Source: an uncultured Pirellulales bacterium | GTDB taxonomy: Bacteria > Planctomycetota > Phycisphaerae > Sedimentisphaerales > SM23-30 | Direction of reading: 5' to 3' | Length of the DNA: 64,000 bases | NCBI GenBank assembly: GCA_964580995.1 | Contig: CAZOMV010000018.1 | Location: forward strand, 55-64,054 | Shown here: in pieces, positions 28,841 through 39,181 of the stretch | How positions within the stretch are numbered: position 1 is the stretch's first letter | How the letters are laid out: each line of letters starts with the position of its first letter | Program-made: the position numbers and the translations under genes | The notes under the pieces: generated by a model | Database searches by the model: none | Seen by the model: the letters and a program-made list of their open reading frames with translations, nothing else | Told to the model about the DNA's origin: nothing

Positions 28841-30340
28841 ATGAAAGCTCTGAATACGTTCGATATCGTAATAATTGTGGTATATCTATTTCTTTTTCCT
28901 TGTCTGGGGTACTGGATCGGCAAGAAACAAAAGACCAGTGAGGATTACTTCCTGGGCGGTCGCAAGCTGCGATGGTGGATGGTCGGTATTTCGATGGTGG
29001 TCACGGATATCGGGGCCCTGGAACTGGTGGGGGTGGCGGGCAGCGCCTATGGCATGGGGCTGGCCATGGCCAATTTCGACTGGATCGGCTGTGTCCCGGC
29101 GATGGTGCTGGCGGCTTTTCTGTTTATCCCTCTGTATTGGAAAGCAGGGGTATATACCATCCCGGAATATCTCGGCCGGCGTTATAACGATGTGGTACGA
29201 ACCCTGATTGCGATTTTATGGGGTTTATTTCTGGTGGCGAATCTGGGCATTTTTTTGTGGAGTGCAGCGACCGTGCTGGAGGTGATGCTGGGCTGGCCGA
29301 AATTGGTCTCGATACTGATTACCGCCTCGGTGGTCGGTTTATACACCTTTTTCGGCGGTCTGGAAGCCGTGGTTTTTGCGGATATGATTCAGTATGCCAA
29401 CCTGATGATGGGGAGTATTATTATTCTGGTGGTTGGTTTAATCAAGGTGGGGGGTATCGATGGCCTGGTGGAGACGGTGCAGGCCGTCGGCGGGCCGGAA
29501 CGCAAAGATTTCTTTCACCTGCTGCTGCCCGCCGGTACCACCCATCCCATGTCCTGGCCGGCGGTTTTTTTCGGATTGGCGCTGGTGTTGTCCCCGGCGT
29601 ATTGGGTTGGCAATCAGGCGATTGTCCAGCGGAACCTGGGGACAGGAAATGCCCGGGATGCCAAAAAATCGGTGCTGTTCGGTGCGGCGCTGAAACTGAC
29701 GATTCCCATTTTGATTGTCGTTCCGGGTATGGTCGGCTTTGCCCTGTATCCGGACCTTCCGGAACAGGACAAGATTTATCCCTATATGCTGCAGAATATG
29801 CTGCCGCCCGGTTTGCTGGGACTGGTGTTTGCGGGATTCCTCGTGGTGGTGATGAGCGGCGCGGATGCGTATCTCAATTCCGCCTCCACTTTGTGGACGA
29901 TGGATGTATATAAGAAATACATCCGCAAAGACGCCGACCAGCGTCATCTGTATCATGTGGGTCGGATTCTGACGGCGGTTTTTATCGTACTGGCAGTCCT
30001 GCTGGCGCCCCTTACCGCTAAATTTGAGGGGGTATTCAGTGCTATGCAGACGCTTTTGTCCCTGTTTCAGGGGCCGACTTTTGCCATCCTGCTGCTGGGG
30101 ATGATCTGGAAAGGGGCTAACAGCTACGGCGCAATCGCCGGGCTGGTGGCCGGGCTGATTACCAGTTCCACGTTATTCTGGGTCAAAGATGGAATTTTCC
30201 AGGCAGCCAATCCGTTTCTGTTTATTGCCTGGTGGTCGTTCGTGGCAGGAGTGGTTGTAACGATTGCGGTCAGCCTGTTTACGCCGAGCCGTCCTGAGAA
30301 AGAGCTGGCCAGCCTAACCTGGTCATCGAAAGGATCATGA
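28841..30340 (+). CDS. sodium:solute symporter (SSS) family transporter
   Basis: 500 aa, about 13 TM. N-terminal YFLGGRKLRWW motif typical of SSS. Confidence 0.8.
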   Translation: MKALNTFDIVIIVVYLFLFPCLGYWIGKKQKTSEDYFLGGRKLRWWMVGISMVVTDIGALELVGVAGSAYGMGLAMANFDWIGCVPAMVLAAFLFIPLYWKAGVYTIPEYLGRRYNDVVRTLIAILWGLFLVANLGIFLWSAATVLEVMLGWPKLVSILITASVVGLYTFFGGLEAVVFADMIQYANLMMGSIIILVVGLIKVGGIDGLVETVQAVGGPERKDFFHLLLPAGTTHPMSWPAVFFGLALVLSPAYWVGNQAIVQRNLGTGNARDAKKSVLFGAALKLTIPILIVVPGMVGFALYPDLPEQDKIYPYMLQNMLPPGLLGLVFAGFLVVVMSGADAYLNSASTLWTMDVYKKYIRKDADQRHLYHVGRILTAVFIVLAVLLAPLTAKFEGVFSAMQTLLSLFQGPTFAILLLGMIWKGANSYGAIAGLVAGLITSSTLFWVKDGIFQAANPFLFIAWWSFVAGVVVTIAVSLFTPSRPEKELASLTWSSKGS

Positions 30341-30341
30341 C

Positions 30342-30662
30342 ATGATGCGGATACTATCGGAAGTTCTGACACCCATCATCGACGCCGGCGGATTTTTATC
30401 GACGGTACGAGAGGCCCTGATTGGTGCTCTGAAGCCAGTCGCGAGTTGGTTTTATCAGCTTACCGCCAGTGTGCCGCTAAAGGTGGTGTTGTTGCTATTT
30501 GTCGTTACCCTCTTAACGCTGGCGGCATGGGTAATCAGCCTGAAATCAGAAAAGCCGGATCCGGCACAAGGTTCGGGCGGAGGGAGGATTTTTTCCGATT
30601 TGCGATTGTGGGCGGTGCTGATCCTGCTCATTCAGACGGCCATTTATATCGTTTTAGGCTGA
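30342..30662 (+). CDS. small 2-TM membrane protein, unknown function
   Basis: 106-aa ORF starting 1 nt after the SSS stop. Two hydrophobic helices. No family recognised. Confidence 0.5.
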   Translation: MMRILSEVLTPIIDAGGFLSTVREALIGALKPVASWFYQLTASVPLKVVLLLFVVTLLTLAAWVISLKSEKPDPAQGSGGGRIFSDLRLWAVLILLIQTAIYIVLG

Positions 30663-30719
30663 TCGAAGCCCTATAACCGGCCCAATCGGCAATCACAGAC
30701 TATTCTCCGCGCAAGCAGG

Positions 30720-32102
30720 CTAACGCGGTTGGTTTTTAAAGCCGTGGATTTCCGGGCCGAAATAGCAGAGTGGTTCGGGGAGGTAGTCGGGATTGTTTTT
30801 GGTTATTTTCTGGCAGCGTAAATTGTCGAAAATGTGGAACAATATGTAGGGTTTCATTTCCAGGGTGGGCATCGTGCAGGTGGGGATAAATTCAAAAAGT
30901 ACGGAGGAGTCGTATTCTTTGCCGTCGGCGAGGGTTTTATAGTTTCCGGTCAGGCCGGTGTTGCCGGTGATGCTGACATGGTTGGGGATTTCGAAAAATT
31001 TGATGAGGGGGACATTGCGGGCGTAAAGCCAGTTGTCGCGGAGAACGATGTAGTTTTTATCATTTTCCAGTTCATGGGTTTTTTCGGGATTGGTCCAGGG
31101 CAGCAGGAATTTGGTGTAATTATAGATCAGGGATATTTGTTCGCCATCCAGAGCGTGGTTGTGGTTGACCGATTCGTTGCCGAAGCGGCTGCCGGCGATG
31201 TCCAGGAACCAGCCGTAATGGTCGATCCATCGCATATTTTTAAAATTACCTCCTGCTTCCGACTGGGGTGTAAAGGTGCAGTCCCGAATCCGCAGGCCGT
31301 CCATGTTGACGATATACGGCAGGTCGGATTCCATGCTGGGGCAGAACCAGGATTGCTCCAGGGTGCATTCATCAAAAACCAGGTAATCGCTCATCTGGCG
31401 AACGTTGTAAAAGACCGTGCCGATGACGCGGAATGTGCCGGGGGCGGTATGCTGGCCGGGGCGGGTACGGATGGCCACGCCGAAGCCTTTGAAGTAGCAG
31501 TTTTCGATCAGGATGTCCCCGCCATCATCCGTTTCGCCCCAGGCTGATTCTTCGTTGGGTTCCGCCTTGACGATAGACCAGTTGGGTTTTTCGCCGGGCT
31601 GGGCGCTGTTCTCCGACGGTTTCCATTTTTTCGGTTCACCGGTGGAGTAAATGATCAGAGGTGGGGTATTGTTCCGGGGGCCGGCAAACTCGATTTCGCG
31701 GAAGCGGGCCAGCCGGTGGGAAAAGCGGATGAAGCCGCTGGGACCGCATTCAAAGATGGAACGGCCTTCCGATTCGAACAGGAACTGATGCCCCATATCC
31801 ACCGGTTCCGGCACATCGCGAAAATCATGGACGCGGGCGGCGAACAGGATTTTGATGGCGGTGTAGCGGTTATTCGGTTGCGGCCAGCTTCCCATCTGGG
31901 AATATTTGACGCCGATGGTTTGCAGTTTGGAACGGAGCAGATCGGGCAGTTGCTGCAATTTTTCCGTGTCGGTTTTGCCGGGCAGAGCATCGAAATAGAT
32001 GACGCTGGAGTTGGCATTTTCCGGCTGCGCCAAGGCCCCCTGATGAAAGGATATAGCGCCAAAAACAAAAAGAACCATAGAAAGTGTTTTTGCATGCGTC
32101 AT
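30720..32102 (-). CDS. secreted hypothetical protein, possibly parallel beta-helix
   Basis: Signal peptide MTHAKTLSMVLFVFGAISFHQGALAQ at the internal ATG 32102, with GGAAAGG RBS (alternative ATG 32132). The first 107-117 codons of the track ORF overlap the upstream gene and look non-coding. Confidence 0.55.
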   Translation of the reverse strand: MTHAKTLSMVLFVFGAISFHQGALAQPENANSSVIYFDALPGKTDTEKLQQLPDLLRSKLQTIGVKYSQMGSWPQPNNRYTAIKILFAARVHDFRDVPEPVDMGHQFLFESEGRSIFECGPSGFIRFSHRLARFREIEFAGPRNNTPPLIIYSTGEPKKWKPSENSAQPGEKPNWSIVKAEPNEESAWGETDDGGDILIENCYFKGFGVAIRTRPGQHTAPGTFRVIGTVFYNVRQMSDYLVFDECTLEQSWFCPSMESDLPYIVNMDGLRIRDCTFTPQSEAGGNFKNMRWIDHYGWFLDIAGSRFGNESVNHNHALDGEQISLIYNYTKFLLPWTNPEKTHELENDKNYIVLRDNWLYARNVPLIKFFEIPNHVSITGNTGLTGNYKTLADGKEYDSSVLFEFIPTCTMPTLEMKPYILFHIFDNLRCQKITKNNPDYLPEPLCYFGPEIHGFKNQPR

Positions 32103-32134
32103 TTCGGTTGCCTTTCCTGTGGCTCTATCCATGA

Positions 32135-34231
32135 TTATGGTTCGGTGACGAGCAGGCGGATTTGCCAGGGATCGACGGAGGGGATGACGAATTTTCGGTA
32201 GGGGCCGTCGGCTTCGTCGGAGCGGAGGGTGGTCTGGTTGCAGTTCATATCGTAGAGCTTGAGAATCTTGCTGTCCGTGCGGAGCATGAGGATCACATTT
32301 TCCGCCGGATCGAAGGAGGCGTTGGTCAAGGCCAGGGCGATTTGGTCGCTGGGCCGGGGCTGGCGGATCCAGAGGTTGATTTTGTGGAAGGAAGCGATGT
32401 AGCCGGGCAGGGTGTCCCTGGAGAGCCAGCGCATGACGGATTTCAACTGCCAACTGCGGGAGAGGTTCTGCAGGAAAGTCCAGGGGTAATAGCCCTGCAC
32501 GCAGATGCGGCCGCCGAGTTTGTTTTCAAAGACACCCAGACAACAGTCATGGACCGGCTCGAAGGAGTAGTCCAGCAGACGGGCCAGGCTTTGGGCCTGG
32601 GGGTCGGTTTTTTCCAGCAGCCAGGCAGGGTAGAGCCACCAGACGAAGGACTGGCGGTTGTCGCAGCGGCGGCCGGCGAATTCGCCGTTGAGCGGATGGG
32701 GGAGGAACTCGGTCATCCGGTCCACGCTGTCGGTGCGGATGGTTTTGAAGCCGGTGAGTTCGCCGAAGCCCCGTTCGTTGAGCAGGTCGAGGGTCGGGCC
32801 ATCCATATACACCCCTCTGGAAAGGATGTCTCGTATTTCTTCATCACTCAAGGCCAGCACGACGGTACGGGTCAGGGCGAACACCTGGGCGCATTTTCCG
32901 TCGTAGGCGCTGGGGAGGCCGCCGTCGAACATTTCATCATCGGGGAAAAAACCGCCGCCGTTGAACCAGCTTCCGCCGTCGAGGGAGAGGGCGGCGAAGC
33001 TGTCCTTGTTCCAATACATGTTCACGCCGGGCAGTTTGGAGCGGCCGAGATTTTTGGCCATCAGGTTGAGGAAGGGGCGAATCTGGTGGAGCCGGGCGAT
33101 CAGCGGCTCGAACTCATCCAGCGGTTCGTCGTACTGGCCGAGCACGTTGAAGGCGGCTCCCGTGCAGCCGGCGGCGATATGCTCGGCGGCTTCCAGGGCG
33201 ACGATGTTGGCGGCCTTTTTCAGCCGCTGGTAGGGGAAGTTTTCGATCTCCGATTGAATTTCGATGACATGGTCGGGCAGTATTGAAACCTGCCGGCCGA
33301 TGGCGTGCGATTTATCGACCAGACCGCCGGTGCTGGAATCCTCGTAATAGCCGCCACCCGGCCGCCACATGACGGGGGCGTGGGTTTTCCCGGACAGGGT
33401 GTCCGCCCAGCGGTCGAAATCGTAACCCTCCCAGAAGCGATCGCCGGTCATGAAGCCCAAAGGCAAGTCCGGATTTCGCTCGTGTACATAATTGCCGATG
33501 GCGGCAAACAAGTCGTTGATGGTATCGCGGTTGTGCTGGAGCCATTTTTGGCGAAAGGCGAGTTTTTCGGCGAGAGTGCCCTGATCGGCGGCGTTGCGAA
33601 TTTCCTCGCGGGTCCATTTCCGGCCGGTTTCCTTTTCGAAACGGGCCAGGCAATTCTCGCAGAAGCAGGTCAGATTTACCGGCATATGGCCGGCCAGCCG
33701 GATGTCATCGTCCAGCCAGATATAATCGGGATTGGCATCCAGCATGAGCTGGAAGCGCCAGAGCATCTGTTTGATTAAGTCCGGATCGTTGGGGCAGAGC
33801 GAACCTTGCGAAGTGCTGCCGTTGATATCGGTGACCTGGGTATAGGTCGCCGGATCGACAATGCTGTTGGGCAGGTTTTCGTTGTGGTGGCCCATGATGC
33901 ATAGGATGTTGTAGCCGCTGCGGTAACCGCGGGCCTTGGCTGCTGCGATCCGCTGGGCGAACAGCTTGACGCGGCTCTCAAAGAGTTCCGGTTTCTGGAC
34001 GGAGTGGCTGTAGGTGGTGAACAGGGTGACTTCATCGGTCACGCCGGGATACTTGTCGAAAAGGTCCAGCAGTTCGGTGAACCGGGATTCGGAGACGGAT
34101 TGGCCCATGCCGATCCGGAAGGAGATAAAAGCCTTGTTGATTTCAGCCGGTTTTTCCGCGGCGGCTAACGGACCCATGAAAATGGCGAGGGACAGAAATA
34201 TCGGTAATTGGAAAGGTTTGATTCTGCTCAT
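32135..34231 (-). CDS. secreted hypothetical protein (698 aa), possibly glycoside-hydrolase-like
   Basis: Signal peptide MSRIKPFQLPIFLSLAIFMGPLAAA. Sits in a glycan cluster. No catalytic motif recognised with confidence. Confidence 0.6.
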   Translation of the reverse strand: MSRIKPFQLPIFLSLAIFMGPLAAAEKPAEINKAFISFRIGMGQSVSESRFTELLDLFDKYPGVTDEVTLFTTYSHSVQKPELFESRVKLFAQRIAAAKARGYRSGYNILCIMGHHNENLPNSIVDPATYTQVTDINGSTSQGSLCPNDPDLIKQMLWRFQLMLDANPDYIWLDDDIRLAGHMPVNLTCFCENCLARFEKETGRKWTREEIRNAADQGTLAEKLAFRQKWLQHNRDTINDLFAAIGNYVHERNPDLPLGFMTGDRFWEGYDFDRWADTLSGKTHAPVMWRPGGGYYEDSSTGGLVDKSHAIGRQVSILPDHVIEIQSEIENFPYQRLKKAANIVALEAAEHIAAGCTGAAFNVLGQYDEPLDEFEPLIARLHQIRPFLNLMAKNLGRSKLPGVNMYWNKDSFAALSLDGGSWFNGGGFFPDDEMFDGGLPSAYDGKCAQVFALTRTVVLALSDEEIRDILSRGVYMDGPTLDLLNERGFGELTGFKTIRTDSVDRMTEFLPHPLNGEFAGRRCDNRQSFVWWLYPAWLLEKTDPQAQSLARLLDYSFEPVHDCCLGVFENKLGGRICVQGYYPWTFLQNLSRSWQLKSVMRWLSRDTLPGYIASFHKINLWIRQPRPSDQIALALTNASFDPAENVILMLRTDSKILKLYDMNCNQTTLRSDEADGPYRKFVIPSVDPWQIRLLVTEP

Positions 34232-34399
34232 GGCTATTTCTCCTTATGTGTTAAAGCAACTACAATTATGACATACTATATTTCTAGTCCAAGGGTTTCC
34301 ATAGATGGAGGTAACATTATAATGGATAAACGTAACTTTCAATTCGAGAAAATATTTTTGTAGCGGGAAATTTCGGTTGCTTTGATGGTTACTGATTGG

Positions 34400-35764
34400 T
34401 TAGGTGTAAAGAGAATTGCCGTTGGAGGCGATCAGGTCGCGGTACCAGCAGGCGGAGTCCTTGAGCGTTCGTTTTTGGGTTTCATAATCGACGTGGATCA
34501 GGCCGAATCGTTGTTTATACCCCTCAGCCCATTCGAAGTTATCCATGATGGACCAGTGGAAATAGCCCCGGACGGACACACCCTCGGTGATGGCCCGCTG
34601 GAGTTGGCGGAGGTAGCGCTGAGTGTAATCGATTCGCTGGGGATCGTGGACCCGGCCGTCGGCGGCGACCCAGTCGAGGTTGGCCATGCCGTTTTCGGTG
34701 ATGAGGATGGGTTTGTGGTAACGCTCATAGAAGAATTTCGGACCCCAGTACAGGCCTTCGGGCGTGATGGGCCAGAGGAAGGAAGTGCGGGGATTACCGG
34801 GCGGAAAGGCCACCGGTTCGGGCCGTCCGTCCTGCCCCGCCCGTGTTATATGTCCCCAGTAATTATTGAAGCCGAAGAAGTCCAGCGGCTGAGAGATAAT
34901 CCGCATATCGTCCGGCCCGATTTCCGGCAGGACGTACCGGAAACGCGTGCAGCCGTCGTCAGGATATTTCCCCCAAAAAATCGGGTCCATCCACCAGGCA
35001 TTGTTGCCGCTCTCCTGGGCGAAATCGTGGGTGGCAAACATGGCCTCCCGGGCGGCGGCGATATCGGCCGGGGAATCGGTCTGCGGAATGTGGACGCCGC
35101 CCACCGGCGCAAAGCCGATTTGGCTTTTGCTTTTACTATGGGCACGGATGACCTGTACTGCTCGGCCATGTGCCAGCAGCGTGTTATGGCCAGCGCGGAG
35201 TACCTGGGCCAGGCCCAGCCGGTCGCCCGGGGCGTGGATGCCGGTATAGTGGCCCAGCCCGATGAAGCACTGCGGTTCATTGAGGGTCATCCAGTTCTGG
35301 ACCCGGTCGGAGAGTTTGTCAATAATGACTTTCGTGTAGTCGGCGAACCAGCCGGAGCTGTCCGGATTGAGCCAGCCGCCGCGGCAGTACAGTTCATAGG
35401 GGTAGTCCCAGTGAAAGAGTGTGACAAAGGGAGTGATGCTACTGGCCAGCAGCTCGTCAATAAGTCGGTCGTAGAATTCCAGCCCCTTCGGGTTAACCGG
35501 GCCGGTCCCGGCGGGGATGACACGCGGCCAGGAGATCGACAGACGGTACGCTTTCAGGCCGATCTTATTCATCAGGCGGACATCTTCCGGGTACCGGTGG
35601 TAATGGTCGCAGGCCACCTCCCCGGTGTGTCCCTGCCAGATGGCGCCGGGCTTGCGGCAGAGCATGTCCCAGACGGAGGGGCCCTTACCGTCTTCGAATG
35701 CCGCTCCCTCAATCTGATACGAAGCGGCAGCGGCACCCCAGATGAAGTTATCGGGAAAACTCAT
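34400..35764 (-). CDS. GH1 beta-glucosidase
   Basis: FIWGAAAASYQIEGA start, acid/base TLNEP, nucleophile ITENG. No signal peptide. Confidence 0.9.
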   Translation of the reverse strand: MSFPDNFIWGAAAASYQIEGAAFEDGKGPSVWDMLCRKPGAIWQGHTGEVACDHYHRYPEDVRLMNKIGLKAYRLSISWPRVIPAGTGPVNPKGLEFYDRLIDELLASSITPFVTLFHWDYPYELYCRGGWLNPDSSGWFADYTKVIIDKLSDRVQNWMTLNEPQCFIGLGHYTGIHAPGDRLGLAQVLRAGHNTLLAHGRAVQVIRAHSKSKSQIGFAPVGGVHIPQTDSPADIAAAREAMFATHDFAQESGNNAWWMDPIFWGKYPDDGCTRFRYVLPEIGPDDMRIISQPLDFFGFNNYWGHITRAGQDGRPEPVAFPPGNPRTSFLWPITPEGLYWGPKFFYERYHKPILITENGMANLDWVAADGRVHDPQRIDYTQRYLRQLQRAITEGVSVRGYFHWSIMDNFEWAEGYKQRFGLIHVDYETQKRTLKDSACWYRDLIASNGNSLYT

Positions 35765-35779
35765 TGGATGAAATCTTTC

Positions 35780-36559
35780 CTACATCTGGGAAGAAGAGGC
35801 TGGACGCAATATCAGGTTGGTAATGTTGGAAACGGTGTCCTTGTAATAAGGGTCGCCGCTGATTTTTTTCCATTCGGGGTGGTTGACGAAGGTGTCCCAG
35901 GCGGTCTTTTGGGTATCGAGATCGTCAAAGCCGACCATATAGGTAAGGTTTGGCATTTTACTGCCGATTATGGATTCGCCAAAGAAGACCGGGTTCAGGC
36001 CGGTGGTGCGAAATAGGGCGATCTCGCCGCCTTCGTTGAACATTTCAATTTTTCGCTTGGCCATAATGGTGTTGTGGCTTTCGTAAATTCGTAACTGGAA
36101 GATGCGGGTGTCCTTTTTCGAGGGAACTTCGACTTTTGGACACTGATCGAAGGCCAGCAGCAGGGAACTTTCCATGCGTTTGTAAACGGGATTGTCTTTG
36201 GAGCAATTCAGAACGGCAGCACCCTCCTGCTGATATTGCGGGTCGGCCAGCATTTTGGTATTGGCGGTAATCACCGATTCGAGGGAGTTGTGAGGCAGAA
36301 GAACCCAAAGTTTGAAATTCTCGTTTTCCGCCATTTTGAAAACGCCGATCGGCTGGATGCCCAGGCGGTTCAGAGCGGGAATAGCGGCGTTGGCTAGAAA
36401 TGTATCGAAAACTTTTTGCTGGTCTTCAGTAGCCAGTTCGTAGTTGCGCAGTTCGAGATATTGTTTGGGAACGGCAGGCATATCAGCAGCGGTTACCATT
36501 TGGTGCAAAGGGGCGGCAGCCGCCAGACAAGAGGCCGCTAAAAATTCTCTTCGTTTCAT
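35780..36559 (-). CDS. NIPSNAP family protein with Tat-type signal
   Basis: MKRREFLAASCLAAAAPL twin-Arg signal at the internal ATG 36559. Two NIPSNAP-type repeats (YLELRNYEL..., IFQLRIYESH...). Confidence 0.7.
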   Translation of the reverse strand: MKRREFLAASCLAAAAPLHQMVTAADMPAVPKQYLELRNYELATEDQQKVFDTFLANAAIPALNRLGIQPIGVFKMAENENFKLWVLLPHNSLESVITANTKMLADPQYQQEGAAVLNCSKDNPVYKRMESSLLLAFDQCPKVEVPSKKDTRIFQLRIYESHNTIMAKRKIEMFNEGGEIALFRTTGLNPVFFGESIIGSKMPNLTYMVGFDDLDTQKTAWDTFVNHPEWKKISGDPYYKDTVSNITNLILRPASSSQM

Positions 36560-36744
36560 GATGGGTACTCCTACACATATACGTCGCCTAAGAAAATGAC
36601 ATTTTTTCATCCCTTTTTGACAGCAGCCCGTAGAAAGGAGACCGCAGGGGAGCGAATTATCTGTTTTGCGGGGTTATTTCCTTTTTCACCTGCACACCTG
36701 TTCCACTGCTCCCCTGCTCTATTTTTGCTCCTCTAGGGCAAAAA

Positions 36745-36819
36745 TCGGGGCGACAGGACTTGAACCTGCGACCTCTTGACCCCCAGTCAAGCGCGCTAGC
36801 CAAACTGCGCCACGCCCCG
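36745..36819 (-). tRNA. tRNA-Pro (anticodon GGG)
   Basis: 75-nt cloverleaf drawn by hand. Acceptor CGGGGCG/CGCCCCG, anticodon stem CTTGA/TCAAG with loop CTGGGGG, T-loop TTCAAGT. No encoded CCA. Confidence 0.9.
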
Positions 36820-36905
36820 GATATTTACTTTTTAAATCATAAAGCATTATGCTACCACACTATTTTAAAAATTTCAATCATCTAAAGGAGGAAATAAAGT
36901 AAAAA

Positions 36906-36934
36906 TTGACAATTTGCCGGTTTTGTCTGAAAAT
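36906..36934 (+). promoter_or_regulatory. putative promoter, TTGACA-N17-GAAAAT
   Basis: Motif match about 77 nt upstream of the ADH ATG. Preceded by an A-tract. Confidence 0.3.
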
Positions 36935-37010
36935 GGTGCGGTTTTACGGATGTTATCCGTGTGTTTTTTGCAAGGAATGTTATTACTATCTTACTTTTAA
37001 GGACTTATCT

Positions 37011-38045
37011 ATGAAAGCGGTCATGCTCACAGGGGTCAGGAAGATGGAAATTCAGGAAATAGCCAAGCCGGTCATTCAAAAAGAGAATGAGGTTTTGCTC
37101 AAAATAGAGTATGTAGGGGTGTGCGGATCGGATGTGCATTATTATGTGGAGGGCCGGATCGGGACGGCGGTGGTGGAGTATCCGTATCTTATCGGACATG
37201 AATGTGCTGCGACGGTGGCGGAGGTGGGCAGGAAGGTGAGCCGGGTGAAGGTGGGCGATACGGTGGCGGTCAATCCGGCGGTTAGCTGTCATGTCTGTGA
37301 GCAATGCCGGATGGGGCGGGAGAATACCTGCTATCACGTGCAGTTTCTGGGAACGCCGGGGCAGGGACCGGGCTGTTTGCGGGAGTATATTGTGATGCCG
37401 GATGAATGTATATTTCCGATTACGGGAAAGCTGACGCTGGAGCAGGGAGTTATGTGCGAGCCGCTGTCGGTTGGGGTATATGCGGTGAAGCGGTCGCGGC
37501 TGGGCAAGGGGGATTCGATCGCGATTCTGGGGGCCGGGCCTATCGGCTTGTGTTGTCTGGAAGTGGCCAAGGCCCAAGGGGCGGGAGAATGCTTTGTGAC
37601 GGAAAAGATAGCGGAACGGGTTCGGATTGCGCAGGATCGGGCGGATTGGGTGGGCAATCCTGATGAGCAGGACATTGTGCAGGGGATTTTGCAGCGAAAG
37701 CCGCTGGGGGTGGATATGGTATTCGAATGTGCCGGGCAGCAGGAAACGGTGGATCAGGGCTTGAGTCTGTTGCGGTCGGGTGGGATCCTGGTACTGGTGG
37801 GAATACACCGCAAGGAACCAATCGCATTCAGCATGGAAAAGATGCGGCGGAAGGAACTTACGGTGATAAATATCCGCCGACAGAATGATTGCGACCAGCG
37901 GGCGATAGATATGGTTGCTTCGGGGGCGGTGGATGTTGATTTTATGGTGACGCATAAGTACGGTATGGACCAGGCGCAGGAGGCGTTTGAGCTGGTGGCT
38001 GGATACCGGGATGGAGTGGTAAAGGCCCTGATTCACATGGGATAG
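37011..38045 (+). CDS. zinc-dependent alcohol/polyol dehydrogenase (MDR family)
   Basis: GVCGSDVHYY and GHECAATV zinc motifs, GAGPIGL Rossmann motif. ATG at 37011; the TTG-extended ORF-track start looks non-coding. Confidence 0.85.
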   Translation: MKAVMLTGVRKMEIQEIAKPVIQKENEVLLKIEYVGVCGSDVHYYVEGRIGTAVVEYPYLIGHECAATVAEVGRKVSRVKVGDTVAVNPAVSCHVCEQCRMGRENTCYHVQFLGTPGQGPGCLREYIVMPDECIFPITGKLTLEQGVMCEPLSVGVYAVKRSRLGKGDSIAILGAGPIGLCCLEVAKAQGAGECFVTEKIAERVRIAQDRADWVGNPDEQDIVQGILQRKPLGVDMVFECAGQQETVDQGLSLLRSGGILVLVGIHRKEPIAFSMEKMRRKELTVINIRRQNDCDQRAIDMVASGAVDVDFMVTHKYGMDQAQEAFELVAGYRDGVVKALIHMG

Positions 38046-38058
38046 CCGGGAAAGGCAT

Positions 38059-39078
38059 ATGAGATTCAGGATAACAAGGTTTGCCATGTTGTGCATTGTT
38101 GGGATGTCTGGGCCGTCCTGTATTAGCCCCACTATAGAAACAAATCCTAATTCAGTAAATTTTGAATTTTATTCTTCCGGCGAAAATGAAATGCTTCTGG
38201 CATACAAGTATAACCTGGCGGAGGACTGGAAACTGCAGAAGATGGACCGGACCGGTTTTCGGTTTTTTACCGAACTGGAGGTCGTAAAAGAGGTTTGGTA
38301 CGAATTTGTCTCTCCAGCCACAAATACCTGGTACAAAAAGGATCCGCTCAATCCGGCGATTGACCATGATCATCCGTATCTGCGTCGGGAAATGACCGGG
38401 CGGCTGAGCAGTCGAAATCCGGATATTCGCTATTTTTCCAGCGAGCATTTTGATTATTTCACGACGGAATGGACGGATCGGACGGCGGAATTGGAAGAAC
38501 GATATCGTAAAATTATTATGCATCTGGCGATACTGAATATCGAGGCAGCGCCGGTGCATGGGAAGAAGATTCGCTATTACAGCAAACTGTTCGGCGGGAT
38601 GTATTCCCTGCCGGCCTCAGCAGAAGTTGTGGACGATATTGATATTATAAACGCCCATGAGATTATTCATCTGTTCTTGCATGACATGGCGAGATATCCG
38701 CCGCTGGCAGAGGGGTATGCGCAATGTTTTCAGGAATACGGGAACCGTAAACCCTTGCGGGAGGCGAATGTAAATCTGGCGGCCAAAGAGAAAATACGAA
38801 ACCAGGATTTGCTGGATGTTATGGAACATTGGCAGGAGAAGGCGGATTATCACCTGGCAGGTTCCTTTGTGTATTACCATTTGTTTGTGGATCGGGTTTT
38901 AACTCTTGACTTCATCGAACTTTCTAAAAAGCTGACCAGCGATCAGGTCAGTTATGCTGATTTTAAGGGTTTGTACCGGGATAGCATGAAGCGGGATATT
39001 GAAAAAACGGTTGGCGACTGGAAAACCTGGCTTTCGGGAATTGATGAAAATTCGAATGTGTATGTGAATTGGAATTAA
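38059..39078 (+). CDS. hypothetical protein with HExxH motif (putative metallopeptidase-like)
   Basis: 339 aa, hydrophobic N-terminus. INAHEIIHLFLHD contains HEIIH, with a downstream AEGYAQ. Confidence 0.5.
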   Translation: MRFRITRFAMLCIVGMSGPSCISPTIETNPNSVNFEFYSSGENEMLLAYKYNLAEDWKLQKMDRTGFRFFTELEVVKEVWYEFVSPATNTWYKKDPLNPAIDHDHPYLRREMTGRLSSRNPDIRYFSSEHFDYFTTEWTDRTAELEERYRKIIMHLAILNIEAAPVHGKKIRYYSKLFGGMYSLPASAEVVDDIDIINAHEIIHLFLHDMARYPPLAEGYAQCFQEYGNRKPLREANVNLAAKEKIRNQDLLDVMEHWQEKADYHLAGSFVYYHLFVDRVLTLDFIELSKKLTSDQVSYADFKGLYRDSMKRDIEKTVGDWKTWLSGIDENSNVYVNWN

Positions 39079-39096
39079 AATTATTCCTCCTTACTA

Positions 39097-39125
39097 TTGA
39101 CAAAACACATGTTGTGGTTTAATCT
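39097..39125 (+). promoter_or_regulatory. putative promoter, TTGACA-N17-TAATCT
   Basis: Motif match about 57 nt upstream of the ATG at 39182. Confidence 0.3.
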
Positions 39126-39181
39126 ATGTTCTTTGATGCAGGGAGGTTGTGAGCAATCATACCCTAGATTAGGATTTGATA

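Noticed and set aside
32103-32453. N-terminal 117 codons of the track ORF 30720-32453.
   Set aside because: This stretch overlaps the 3' end of the upstream gene and reads as low-complexity Pro/Arg. A signal peptide with an RBS starts at the internal ATG 32102.
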